Assembly: GCF_002087085.1 (NCBI RefSeq)
Contig: NZ_MWQY01000013.1
Coordinates: 62,001-126,000, forward strand
Reading direction: 5' to 3'
Length of the DNA: 64,000 bases
Shown in pieces: positions 9,115 to 18,691 of this stretch (position 1 is its first letter; every line of letters starts with the position of its first letter). The notes beneath the pieces were generated by a model. The model worked only from the letters and a program-made list of their open reading frames with translations, searched no databases and was not told the DNA's origin. A program made the translations under genes and the position numbers.

Positions 9115-10013
9115 TTTCTCTTCCGGAGCAGGAGGTTCATGATCTTGTTGCTCCAGGAGGTACCGAAGGTTTCGGCATAGTTCCTGGCAGCCTCCTCCAT
9201 GGAGAAATCCTCACCGTACTTTTCCTTCAACTCATGCCAGTGCTTGATAATCCACATATACAGGTCCGAGGGGGTTCGTCCCGGAAAGCGCTTGTGAAGT
9301 TTGTCTCTTTTAATTACCTGAATGATAGGCCTGTAGAGGTTCCGGTACCAGGACCGGCCTGCTTCCACGAAGGGTATCTCTTCTTTCTTGTCAAGATTCA
9401 TAAAATACTTATGCCCTTGAATGTGGCGAAGCAGTTCGTAAATCCGCCCGGTCTCGGTAAAGGAGAGTTCGTGGGGACTTATTATTCTCCCCAGTTCACT
9501 TTTTGAGAAGACGTCCTGCTTTTCATAATCGATAATCGCTTTTTTGAGGTCCTGGATAGTCATCTTCGGATTGAGGCTTATCTCCGTAGTCAGACTGGTA
9601 ACCTCGGCATCGATGGCATAGACTCCCTGATGCCGGGCAACCGAAACCCGGTGATTGCCGTCTCTGACAAAATAGACTCCTCCTATCTCGTAGAGCTTGA
9701 TGGGGGGGAGGATTATATCGCTTATGTGGGCCCGGTCAATGCTCTGCCAGCGGTTTCTGACATGTTCATGCCGGGGCAGAAAGGCTTTATTGAAATCCTT
9801 GTAGCGCCCTTCGCTCCCTATTATTCTGTCCAGGGGGACCGTTTTCATTCCCTGGTAGGACTCTCCCTTGGGGTGCAGCAGGTCGCGTACGTCCTGCAGC
9901 GAGAGCAGTTCCTGTCGCTCCGGGCTAAGATAGTTGAGAATCATACCCAGGGTTGCCTTTCCCCGGGCCTTGTTGAAATCTTCCTCTGCTTTTTGGGCTA
10001 TATAGTGCTTCAC
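9108..10013 (-). CDS. ParB/Srx-like domain protein with DUF4032-like C-terminus
   Basis: VPLDRIIGS.GRYKDF, LPPIKLY...YFVRDGNHRVSVAR and FPGRTPSDLYMWI. Confidence 0.75.
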   Translation of the reverse strand: MKHYIAQKAEEDFNKARGKATLGMILNYLSPERQELLSLQDVRDLLHPKGESYQGMKTVPLDRIIGSEGRYKDFNKAFLPRHEHVRNRWQSIDRAHISDIILPPIKLYEIGGVYFVRDGNHRVSVARHQGVYAIDAEVTSLTTEISLNPKMTIQDLKKAIIDYEKQDVFSKSELGRIISPHELSFTETGRIYELLRHIQGHKYFMNLDKKEEIPFVEAGRSWYRNLYRPIIQVIKRDKLHKRFPGRTPSDLYMWIIKHWHELKEKYGEDFSMEEAARNYAETFGTSWSNKIMNLLLRKRNQ

Positions 10014-10681
10014 TCCAGTTCCTCGATATCCAGCAGCACGTGGTCATAGGCGTTGATCACGCGGGTTCGCTTATACATGGTCTCCCGTTGGGCATTGAGA
10101 TCGTAAAGATGAACATGCCCGTGGATAAGAAACCTGGGTTTAAATATATCCATAAAGAGCCGAAAAAACTGGAAACCCCGGTGGCAGGGATCCTCCTTGT
10201 CGTGAATATTTCTGGGAGGCGCATGGGTCAGCAGAATATCCAGGAACCTTCCGTAGCGCAGACGGTTCCAGAGAAGTCTTGGCAAAAGGCGGAGAGCGTA
10301 CAGGAACATGCCGATTTCGGTAAACTGGTTGTCCCCCCGGTTATACCGCATACTCCCCCCCAGTCCGGCGATCAGAATCCCCTTTATCTTTACCATTTTC
10401 CCTCCCACGTAGGTGGCCCCGTAGGAATGATAGTGATGAAAAGCCTCGGGATTCAGGCTGTAGACGTTGCGGAATTCGCTGCGATAGTCCTTTATTCTTT
10501 CCAGATTATGGTTTCCAAAGACAAAGCAGAGGGGAACATTCAGAGAAGAGACGATAAACCCATAGTATTCAAGATGGAGATCCCCCGCTGCCAGGACCAG
10601 GTGAACATCCGAGAAACGATCCTTGATGCTGTTTGAATAGACCAGGGGATCCACATGGTCTGCAACGCAGAGGACCTTCAT
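10010..10681 (-). CDS. calcineurin-like metallophosphoesterase
   Basis: Motifs VAD, AGDL, GNHN, LTHAPP and HGHVH. Start placed at MKVLCVAD. Confidence 0.9.
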   Translation of the reverse strand: MKVLCVADHVDPLVYSNSIKDRFSDVHLVLAAGDLHLEYYGFIVSSLNVPLCFVFGNHNLERIKDYRSEFRNVYSLNPEAFHHYHSYGATYVGGKMVKIKGILIAGLGGSMRYNRGDNQFTEIGMFLYALRLLPRLLWNRLRYGRFLDILLTHAPPRNIHDKEDPCHRGFQFFRLFMDIFKPRFLIHGHVHLYDLNAQRETMYKRTRVINAYDHVLLDIEELE

Positions 10682-10691
10682 ACAGGGGGCC

Positions 10692-12071
10692 TCAGCGTTT
10701 GACCGCGGCACCGGGCATCTCTATACCCTTGAGGAGCTCCTGAAGCTTGTCCTTGTCCACGAGGTCGATGGGCCGGGACTCAACAAAATCCATTGCGACC
10801 CGGGAAAAGTTGGAGCTGGATACCAGTATGCCCCGCTGTACGGAATACTTTTTCATTAATTCATGAAAATTCCTGACCGTGGATTCGGGAATCATTTCCG
10901 GAATCCGCAGAAAATGGAGCAGTCGGGGAAGTTTTCTGGTATTTCTCCAGCGGGTATCGTCATCCACGGCGATAATCTGGCAACCGTTGGGGATATCCGA
11001 AAGGTCCCGGACACGGAGTCCAAGCTGCCCGCAGGTGGCCTTGCACATCTCCTGGAACTCCTGGGATCCCGCTGTCAGGTAATCCTTGAGCCTGTCATCG
11101 GTCCGCAGGTCCTGATACTGGCTCAGTTTTTCAGCGACATCCCGGAACTGGGGTTTTTTCGAGTAGATCTTTTCCCACTGTTCCACGGCCATGTCGATTT
11201 CTCTCATCTTCTCGTAACAGAGAGCCAGAAAGTAGCGGCCGTAGATAGTCTCCATGGCCGATTCATCCCTGGACAGCTTTATCCCCCGCTCCAGTTCGGT
11301 AACCGCTTTTTCAAAGTTGTTCATGCTCATGTAGCAGCCGCCCCGTTCGATGAGGGCTTTGACCTTCATATCCGGGTCGCGCTGTGCCCTCTCAAAGGCG
11401 TGAAGGGCGGAGACATAGTCGTGATTGTCCTTCAGAAGGCGTCCGAGATAAAAATAGGCGGTATAGTTTTCGGGTTTGAATTTGATTGCAGTTTCAAGCT
11501 CGACCTTCGCTTCAACGGGCTTTTTGTTGCGATAGAGCAGATAGCCCAGCCGGTAATGGGCATTGGAGTGCCTGGGCGCGACCTCTATGGTTTTTCGGTA
11601 GAATCCGATGGCCTTATCGGACTTGTTCCGTTCCTCAAAGAGCAGGGCGGACTGGTAGTAGTAATCGGCCTCCATCGGTTCAAGGCGCATCAGGAGCAGA
11701 TACTCCTTCAAGGCCTCCTCGATCTGGCCGTAACGGGCGTAGAGCCTGGCAATACTGTTGCGAAAGTCAACCTCCGGACAGGCCCCCCCGAACTTGCCTA
11801 TCTGGTTGACGGTCTTCAGCTCCATCAGCGCCAGCTCAGGCTTGTTGTCTCCCAGATAACTCAGCCCCAGAAGGTAGTGGGCTTCACTATTTCGGGGCTC
11901 TTTTGCTATAATTTGACGCGCCATGCGTATTGCGGCTGCATACTTACCCTGCCGGTGGTATTCCACCAGAGTGGCAACCCGTTTAGGGGCGATGACGGTT
12001 TTTATGAGAAAAAAGGTAATAACCCCTATAGCTGTTCCGAAAATGATGATAAGTGCGATTATTGCCGGCAT
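10692..12071 (-). CDS. membrane-anchored TPR protein with C-terminal Mrr-like restriction endonuclease fold
   Basis: N-terminal TM helix and multiple TPRs (AHYLLG, AHYRLG). C-terminal EFQEMC...RGILVSSSNFS..AMDF...IDLVDKDKL is typical of Mrr_cat. Confidence 0.8.
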   Translation of the reverse strand: MPAIIALIIIFGTAIGVITFFLIKTVIAPKRVATLVEYHRQGKYAAAIRMARQIIAKEPRNSEAHYLLGLSYLGDNKPELALMELKTVNQIGKFGGACPEVDFRNSIARLYARYGQIEEALKEYLLLMRLEPMEADYYYQSALLFEERNKSDKAIGFYRKTIEVAPRHSNAHYRLGYLLYRNKKPVEAKVELETAIKFKPENYTAYFYLGRLLKDNHDYVSALHAFERAQRDPDMKVKALIERGGCYMSMNNFEKAVTELERGIKLSRDESAMETIYGRYFLALCYEKMREIDMAVEQWEKIYSKKPQFRDVAEKLSQYQDLRTDDRLKDYLTAGSQEFQEMCKATCGQLGLRVRDLSDIPNGCQIIAVDDDTRWRNTRKLPRLLHFLRIPEMIPESTVRNFHELMKKYSVQRGILVSSSNFSRVAMDFVESRPIDLVDKDKLQELLKGIEMPGAAVKR

Positions 12072-12094
12072 GTAAGGTTACTCCAATAAGGTGA

Positions 12095-12123
12095 AGAGTA
12101 ATCGGTTTTTGCCTGCATGTCAA
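12095..12123 (-). promoter_or_regulatory. sigma70-type promoter for the TPR-Mrr/phosphoesterase/ParB-like operon
   Basis: Minus strand TTGACA, 17 nt spacer, TACTCT. SD GGAG precedes ATG 12071. Confidence 0.7.
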
Positions 12124-12141
12124 ATCGAAGGAGGTGCTGTT

Positions 12142-12858
12142 ATTACCCTTCAAAAGTGGAAAACAGTAATGCTTCTGTTTTTTCTGCTCACCGCGGGTCT
12201 CCCCGGGCAGGAGAACAAGGGCCTGCGCACCCGTGCCGATGAGCTTCTACGGGAAAACAGACCGGCGGAGGCCCTGCCTCTCTACATTTCCGCCAAAGAG
12301 CAGAATCCCAGGGATCCTGATATATACCGAAACCTGGGCTATGTTTATGAGCTGCTGGGGGATTATGAGAATGCGGTAAAAACCTACCAGCAGGGATCAA
12401 CGGTGGCAACCCTGGACAAGGACATTTTCTACAATGCCATGGGACGCTGCCTGTTCAGGCTGGAACGCTTTGGTGAGGCGGAGGCCCAGTACGACAAGGC
12501 CCTGGATTATAACCCCTCCAATTATGCCGTTTATGTCAACCGGGCCAATGTCAGGGTTGAATTACGGGAGTATCAGAAAGCGATAAACGACTATTCCAGT
12601 TATCTCTCTCTTGAGAGAAGCCCGCAGCAGGAGACGGAAATCCGCAGGATGCTGGGGCTGCTGCAGGAGATCCTGGAAGAGGAGAAGGCCCGAATCGCCG
12701 CGGAAGATGCGAAGCGCAGGGAAGAGGAAGCCCGGCAGAAGGCACTCCTCGATTCGGTACTGAGCTCCCTGGACGATGTAGGTGAGGAGACCCAGTCCCT
12801 GAGCGCCGGTACCGAGGGCATTGAGGAACCGGATGTTATTATCGAACTTGTTGAGTGA
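12142..12858 (+). CDS. exported TPR protein (start uncertain: GTG 12091, ATT 12142 or ATG 12169)
   Basis: About 4 TPRs (IYRNLGYVY, FYNAMGRCL, VYVNRANV) plus a charged coiled-coil tail. Strong SD AAGGAGGT at 12128-12135. Confidence 0.8.
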   Translation: MTLQKWKTVMLLFFLLTAGLPGQENKGLRTRADELLRENRPAEALPLYISAKEQNPRDPDIYRNLGYVYELLGDYENAVKTYQQGSTVATLDKDIFYNAMGRCLFRLERFGEAEAQYDKALDYNPSNYAVYVNRANVRVELREYQKAINDYSSYLSLERSPQQETEIRRMLGLLQEILEEEKARIAAEDAKRREEEARQKALLDSVLSSLDDVGEETQSLSAGTEGIEEPDVIIELVE

Positions 12859-12875
12859 TCAGGTGTGAGGATTGC

Positions 12876-14735
12876 ATGAACAGAAAGATTCTTGCCGCCG
12901 GCGGCGCGGTTGTTTTGTTGTTATTACTGCTGGGAGGACTCTTTGTGTGGGCTCCCTGGAAAGGTTCAGAGGGGAAAGGCGAGGGGACTGCCGTATCCTC
13001 CCGGGAGAGCGATATACGCGCCAACACCCTGCGTCTCGCATCCGAATATTTTGAGCAGGGAGAGTACCAGCGGGCCCTGGACCTGGTGGATCAGCTCCTG
13101 CTGCAGAACCCTGACGACGATGAAGCCCGGGCCCTGAGGGATTCAGTCCTGAAAGCCCGTCGGGATGCCGAGGAACGCAAAAAAGAGGAGGATCTGGCCT
13201 CCCAGCAGGATCTTTCCGAATCCCTTTCCGACCTTTCCGCGTCTCTGCGGGAGGATAAGCTGCGTCCCACGGCCCAGCCCGTACCGCAGATGCAGCCCCG
13301 GGACGATGAAGCGGAGCGGGCGGCAGCCAGGAGTGAAGCTGAACGCAAAAAACGTGAAGAGCTTAACCGTCTTATTCAGGAGGGAGTCGCCGCCATGGAA
13401 CGTTCCTCCTACGGTGAAGCCAGAGACAAGTTCGATCAGGCCCTGGGGATCGATCCTGATGTAGCCTACGCCTATGCCATGAAGGGGGAGTCTTTCTTCC
13501 GGGAGGACTCCGAAAGCCAGAGTTCACTGAACCAGGCGGTTGCCAATGCCAACAGGGCCATTCAGAAGGATTCAAGCCTCTGGATTCCCCACAATACCCT
13601 GGGGAATATCTATGTAAAAACCCGTCGCTGGGACGACGCGATCCGCCACTTTCAGGAGGCCGCCAGGCTGAATCCCGAGAATGCGGACATACTGTTTGAA
13701 CTGGGGAAGGTCCAGTACCGGACGGGACGCTTCAGGGATGCCAAACAGTCCTTTGAAGGTGCGATTCACCTGGTTCCGGATTTCGACCGCGCCTACTTCA
13801 ATCTCGGTCTTACGGAAACCCAGCTTGGAAACACGGACAGGGCTGTTTCCGCTTTTTCCAATACGATTCATTATGATCCTGAACTGACTCCTGCCTATTT
13901 TGCCCTGGCCAATGCCTACCGCAGCAGGGGAGATCTTGTAAAGGCCGCCGAGAATTACAAGACCGCCGTCACCCGGGATCCGGAGAATGTGAATTACAAC
14001 CTCTATTACGGGATCAATCTCTTTGATCAGGAAAAGTACGAGCAGGCGGAGGCGTATTTCAGGAATGCCGCCGAACTGGACGATTCCCGGGCGGATGTCC
14101 ATTACAACCTGGCCCAGGCGTGCATAAAGCTGAACAGGGGCGGTGCCGCTCTGGAAGCTGCGGCCCAGGCGGTAAAACTGAAAGGAGATTCGCCCCTCTA
14201 CGTCTATACCCTGGGACAGGCGGCGGAACTGACGGGAAATACCGATTATGCCGTACAGGCTTACGAGAAGGCCATAGCCCTGGATCCGTCCTATATTAAG
14301 CCCCGGATCAACCTGGGCATCCTCTACGATAAACGGGGGGAGTACGACCGGGCATTGAACCATCTCCTTGCGGCCTACAAGGTGGATCCCGCATCCATCG
14401 AAGTGAACAACAACCTGGGGAATGTATATCTGCATGCGGAACTCTACAGGGACGCCATAAACCATTATAAAAAGGCCGTCGCTGCCCAGCCGAATGCCAC
14501 CCTGATGCGCTACAACCTGGCTATCGCCTATATCGAAACGGATCAGACAGCCCTGGCAAAGGAGTCCCTTTCAGAGCTGATCAAGATCGATCCCGCCTAC
14601 TGGGACGCCTACTACCGCCTCGGTATGCTGCTCTACTCCGAAGGGGAGACCGAAGGGGCCCGGGCGATCTTCAAACGGCTCCTGGAGCGTCAGCCCGCTT
14701 ATCCCCGCAGGGCGGAAATCGAGGAGCTGCTCTAA
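12876..14735 (+). CDS. membrane-anchored multi-TPR protein
   Basis: N-terminal TM helix and more than 10 TPRs (HNTLGNIY, YFNLG, INLGILY, NNNLGNVY). Confidence 0.85.
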   Translation: MNRKILAAGGAVVLLLLLLGGLFVWAPWKGSEGKGEGTAVSSRESDIRANTLRLASEYFEQGEYQRALDLVDQLLLQNPDDDEARALRDSVLKARRDAEERKKEEDLASQQDLSESLSDLSASLREDKLRPTAQPVPQMQPRDDEAERAAARSEAERKKREELNRLIQEGVAAMERSSYGEARDKFDQALGIDPDVAYAYAMKGESFFREDSESQSSLNQAVANANRAIQKDSSLWIPHNTLGNIYVKTRRWDDAIRHFQEAARLNPENADILFELGKVQYRTGRFRDAKQSFEGAIHLVPDFDRAYFNLGLTETQLGNTDRAVSAFSNTIHYDPELTPAYFALANAYRSRGDLVKAAENYKTAVTRDPENVNYNLYYGINLFDQEKYEQAEAYFRNAAELDDSRADVHYNLAQACIKLNRGGAALEAAAQAVKLKGDSPLYVYTLGQAAELTGNTDYAVQAYEKAIALDPSYIKPRINLGILYDKRGEYDRALNHLLAAYKVDPASIEVNNNLGNVYLHAELYRDAINHYKKAVAAQPNATLMRYNLAIAYIETDQTALAKESLSELIKIDPAYWDAYYRLGMLLYSEGETEGARAIFKRLLERQPAYPRRAEIEELL

Positions 14736-14748
14736 ACGTTCCTGCCGG

Positions 14749-16566
14749 TCAGGTTCGCCCCACAAGGGCGAAGAGTTCCTGTCTGCTCAGTCTGAACCAG
14801 ACGGGTCGTCCGTGGGGGCAGCGGGGATCCGGCAGTGAAAGGGCTTCCCTGGCGAGTTCCCGGGCGGATACCTCATCCAGGGATTCACCGTCCTTGATCG
14901 CCGCTTTGCAGGCCATGTCGGCATAGAGGGCGGTGAGCAGGTTCCTGATCGAGCCTCCGGCGTCGCTGAGAAAGGCTTCCAGCTCCTTTTCTACCCCCCG
15001 GTACGAAGCCGGGATGGCGGTAATGGTCAACTGCTTTTCCTCCAGTGCTCCCCGGAAACCCAGATCCGCCAGTTCGGAAAGGAGTTCGCCGTAGAACTCC
15101 CTGGGTTCCTGGTCATCTATTTCGATTTCCAGCGGCACAATAAGTCCCTGGGACTCCTGACCGGGGGCGGAAAAGCGGTTATACAGAATCCTTTCGTGGG
15201 CGGCGTGCTGATCGATCAGGTAGAGATCCTCTCCCGCCTGGCAGAGCAGAAACAGGTCAAAGGCCTGGCCCAGATAGCGGAGCTCGGCTTTCTCCCTGCC
15301 TGAGCCGGTATCATCCTGTGTATTTGGAGAAAGCCGCGGCGACGGGGATATCCCCTTCCAGGAATCGATGTTGCTCACCCGGGACAGCGGCCCACCGTCC
15401 CTCGGGGATGGAATGCTCCGGGGGGATGTCTCCGGGGAAGGGGTAAAACCGCCGGTCCCGGACCTTTCGGCTGCCGAATCCTGAAAATTCCGGGCGTCGA
15501 AACCGGAAAGATCCTGATGGCCGCTTTTCAGCGGAGAAGGACCGCCGGGAAAGGGCTCCCTTCGCGTGTATGTCTCAAGGGCCTCCTGGATGCCGCTGCT
15601 CACGGCGTGGTGCACCTCCCGTATGTTCCGTATGCGGGCCTCCCTTTTTGCGGGATGAATGTTGAAGTCAACGAGTTCAGGGTCGATCTCCAGAAAAAGC
15701 AGGGCCACCGGAAAACTCCCCCCGGGCAGCACGGAGGAGAAACCGTACTCCACCGCCTGCACCAGGGAATACTCCTGAATGCGTCGTTTATTTACATAAA
15801 CGTGAATATAACGCCGGTCCCTGCGGTAGACCGCCGGGGAGGCGTGAACGAGAGTGAAGGAGAAGCCCTGTTGGCCTGCACCGAAGGATTCCGTGAGCCT
15901 GGGAGTAAAAACCGAAGAGTAGGCCGTGGAGACCCTCTCGGTAATACCTGATGCAGGAAGGGTGAGCCTGACCTCCCCGTCATTCAGAAGCTGAAAGGTG
16001 ATCTCCGGAAAAGCCGCCGCTTTCTCGAGAAACACGGCCCTGCAGAGTCCCCCCTCCGCTTTGGCGCTTTTGAGAAAACGGCGTCTGCCGGGAAGATTAT
16101 AAAAGATGTCCGCCGCCTCCACGGTGGTCCCCCGGGGACTCCTGTGGGGTTCCAGGGAGAGCATTTCTCCGTTTTCCACCAGCAGGCGGTGCCCCTCTTC
16201 ACCGGTACTGCTGTTTATGGAGAGCTTTGCACAGGCCCCGATACTCCCCAGGGCTTCGCCCCGGAAACCGAGACTCTTCGTGTGATAGAGGTCATCTACG
16301 CTTTCGATCTTGCTTGTCGCGTGGGCATGATAGCAGAGGGCAAGGTCCTCCGCGCTCATACCGCTTCCGTTATCGCTTACCCGGATCGATCCGATTCCGC
16401 CGTTTTTGAGATCAACCTTTATGGTGTCCGCTCCGGCATCGACGGCATTATCGATAAGCTCCCGTACAATGGAAAACGGCCGGTCGATTACCTCGCCGGC
16501 CGCGATTTTTCTGGCCACATCGTCCCGCAGAAGTCTGATTCTGCGGGGCGAATCCCTGTCACTCAT
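14749..16566 (-). CDS. mutL: DNA mismatch repair endonuclease MutL
   Basis: IAAGEVIDRP, ELIDNAVDA, DNGSGM, GFRGEAL, DFNIHPAK, DQHAAHERI, ACK and CPHGRP. Confidence 0.97.
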   Translation of the reverse strand: MSDRDSPRRIRLLRDDVARKIAAGEVIDRPFSIVRELIDNAVDAGADTIKVDLKNGGIGSIRVSDNGSGMSAEDLALCYHAHATSKIESVDDLYHTKSLGFRGEALGSIGACAKLSINSSTGEEGHRLLVENGEMLSLEPHRSPRGTTVEAADIFYNLPGRRRFLKSAKAEGGLCRAVFLEKAAAFPEITFQLLNDGEVRLTLPASGITERVSTAYSSVFTPRLTESFGAGQQGFSFTLVHASPAVYRRDRRYIHVYVNKRRIQEYSLVQAVEYGFSSVLPGGSFPVALLFLEIDPELVDFNIHPAKREARIRNIREVHHAVSSGIQEALETYTRREPFPGGPSPLKSGHQDLSGFDARNFQDSAAERSGTGGFTPSPETSPRSIPSPRDGGPLSRVSNIDSWKGISPSPRLSPNTQDDTGSGREKAELRYLGQAFDLFLLCQAGEDLYLIDQHAAHERILYNRFSAPGQESQGLIVPLEIEIDDQEPREFYGELLSELADLGFRGALEEKQLTITAIPASYRGVEKELEAFLSDAGGSIRNLLTALYADMACKAAIKDGESLDEVSARELAREALSLPDPRCPHGRPVWFRLSRQELFALVGRT

Positions 16567-16581
16567 ATGCTCGTCCTGTTA

Positions 16582-18681
16582 TCAGAAGCTGACCCTCGTT
16601 TCGATTGAAACTGCAAAGTCCGCCTCCTTGTTTCCAGCCTCATCCTCGCTCACGAAGTTGGTCACCACTGCGGCGATCTGCAGGTTCGGGGCGAAGGAGT
16701 AGACCAATTCTCCGAAAAGGGCGGTCCGCTCGTCAAAAAGGCTGTTGCTTTCGATTCCGTCCACAAAACCGACGGTGTCCATTCCCAGGGAAGCGCTTAC
16801 CGGGATAAAGGGTATCCGGGGAACCGTCGCCATAAGGTGGAACAGGTCCGCCGTATCGTCGAATCCCTCATCGTCCCAGGCCCAGCGGTAGCCGGCTTCA
16901 AGCATCAGCAGGTTTTCAAGCTCGAATCCCGCCTGGCCATAGATCCCCCGGGTAACCTCCTGCAGTGAGGAGGAGAGGGGTATAAGCTCACCAAGGTCCC
17001 GGGCATACTGTTCCCGCTGTCTCTCGTAGGTGGGACCGTAGAAACCATGGGCAAAAAGTCCCTTGTTGTACTGGTACTCCAGGCGGTAGTTCAGTATGGA
17101 CAGATTACCGAAGATGCCGGAAGCCCAGCCGTAGTTCTGCAGCCGCTCAAGAAGATTGTCCTCGGAATCGTCATAGATAAAATCGGACTGCCATCCCGCG
17201 GAAACTGTTCCAAAGCTTCCCGTGTAATCCTCCCGGTAGTAGGGAAGCATGGTGCCGATGTCGGCAAAACCGACCAGGGAGAAGTTGTCCCGTTCCATAA
17301 GGGGGAACTCCGTATCCAGGGCGGTATGCAGAAAGAGGGGATCCCCCGCCTTGTCGTCCAGATCAGCTGCCGGGGCGATATCTGTCACCGAGGAGATGCC
17401 GAAACCCAGGGGAAGAGTCCGTCCCAGAGGGCGATAGCCGATGCGGCCTCCCATGATCTCCGGTTCTGCCAGATCGTTGAAGACCGATTCGATGGTCCAT
17501 TTATCGGCGTTGAATCCGGTGTTCAGACCAACCCTGCGAATGGCGGGAAAGTCGGTGTCATTGGCAAAACGGTTTATGATGATGCCGTGGCCGAGGGTCA
17601 CATTGTTGACGTTTCCGGCCTTCAGGAAGAAGGGGTCCCGGTTGTCGCCGTATTCAATGTAACGGATTTTCAGTACCAGGTCCTTCAGGGCGTCCCGGGC
17701 GGCATCGGCACTGTTGTCCTGGTCCGTACCGAAGGACCATTCGTAGTTGTCGTCCGGTTTGTACCAGTCTTCGGGATCGAAAAGGTCGGTATTGTAAATG
17801 ATAGGCAGGTACAGACCAAGTTTGAAATCCCCGATGTTGAATGCGGGCTGCAGAATGAATTTCGAGAAGGTGAGCCCGTCGATGGTGACCGTACCGATCT
17901 CCATTCCGAGATGCTCCGAAAGGTAGCGCATGAAGGCGCTCTCTTCGGCGGGTTCACTGATCTCCGGTTCGGGTTCGGGCTCTGCAGCAGGTTCTGAATC
18001 GCTGCCGGTCTCGACGGCGGGGGGCTGATACCCCGGTACTTCCGCCGGCACAAGGGCTTCAAACTGCAGGTCCCGGTAGAGGGCCGCGAAGTTCTCGGTG
18101 CTCAAGGCAAGGGCCTCAAAGGAAGGTGCCAGGGCGTCGGCAAACTGCCCGGCTCCCAGTCTGAGGGATTCTCCGCTTGTGAGGCTGGTATAGTCAATCT
18201 CTCCTTCAAAGACAAAGGCGCTGTCAGAGGCGGAAGGTATAACCTCGAGGCCGAAGTCGGTACCCCGGATACCCGCGACTGCCGAGGGAGTCTGGATGGA
18301 GTAGTTGTTGCGCTTGAAAAGGCCGAATTTCGCAGCGATGGCCCGCAGTTTGCCGCCGAAAAGGGTAAACTCGTTGGCGGACTGTTCATCCTTCTGCAGA
18401 CTCTCTATTACAAACTCGGTATTGCTTGAGAGGCGAATGATGGAACCATTGGGATCAAGACGGATCTCTGCGGCGGTCCGGCCGGTCTTTATCCGGTCAC
18501 CGGGCATAAGATCCATGCCGTAGAAGATTTCCTCTATGCGGTTGCCGTCTATGTCAAAGACCTGGATCTCGTACTCATCTCCGAAATATTCCAGTACCGC
18601 TGTCGGTTCCTCCGTTTCCTGGGGAAACATGACAAGAGGCAAGAGGAGCATTATTGATGCAGCAAGCAGCAGATTCTTCAT
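16582..18681 (-). CDS. exported FecR-domain protein with C-terminal putative beta-barrel
   Basis: Signal peptide, FecR motif GDRIKT...IQTPSAVAGIRGTDF, Pro/Glu linker, amphipathic strands and terminal Phe (RVSF). Confidence 0.7.
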   Translation of the reverse strand: MKNLLLAASIMLLLPLVMFPQETEEPTAVLEYFGDEYEIQVFDIDGNRIEEIFYGMDLMPGDRIKTGRTAAEIRLDPNGSIIRLSSNTEFVIESLQKDEQSANEFTLFGGKLRAIAAKFGLFKRNNYSIQTPSAVAGIRGTDFGLEVIPSASDSAFVFEGEIDYTSLTSGESLRLGAGQFADALAPSFEALALSTENFAALYRDLQFEALVPAEVPGYQPPAVETGSDSEPAAEPEPEPEISEPAEESAFMRYLSEHLGMEIGTVTIDGLTFSKFILQPAFNIGDFKLGLYLPIIYNTDLFDPEDWYKPDDNYEWSFGTDQDNSADAARDALKDLVLKIRYIEYGDNRDPFFLKAGNVNNVTLGHGIIINRFANDTDFPAIRRVGLNTGFNADKWTIESVFNDLAEPEIMGGRIGYRPLGRTLPLGFGISSVTDIAPAADLDDKAGDPLFLHTALDTEFPLMERDNFSLVGFADIGTMLPYYREDYTGSFGTVSAGWQSDFIYDDSEDNLLERLQNYGWASGIFGNLSILNYRLEYQYNKGLFAHGFYGPTYERQREQYARDLGELIPLSSSLQEVTRGIYGQAGFELENLLMLEAGYRWAWDDEGFDDTADLFHLMATVPRIPFIPVSASLGMDTVGFVDGIESNSLFDERTALFGELVYSFAPNLQIAAVVTNFVSEDEAGNKEADFAVSIETRVSF

Positions 18682-18691
18682 ACCGTCCTCC

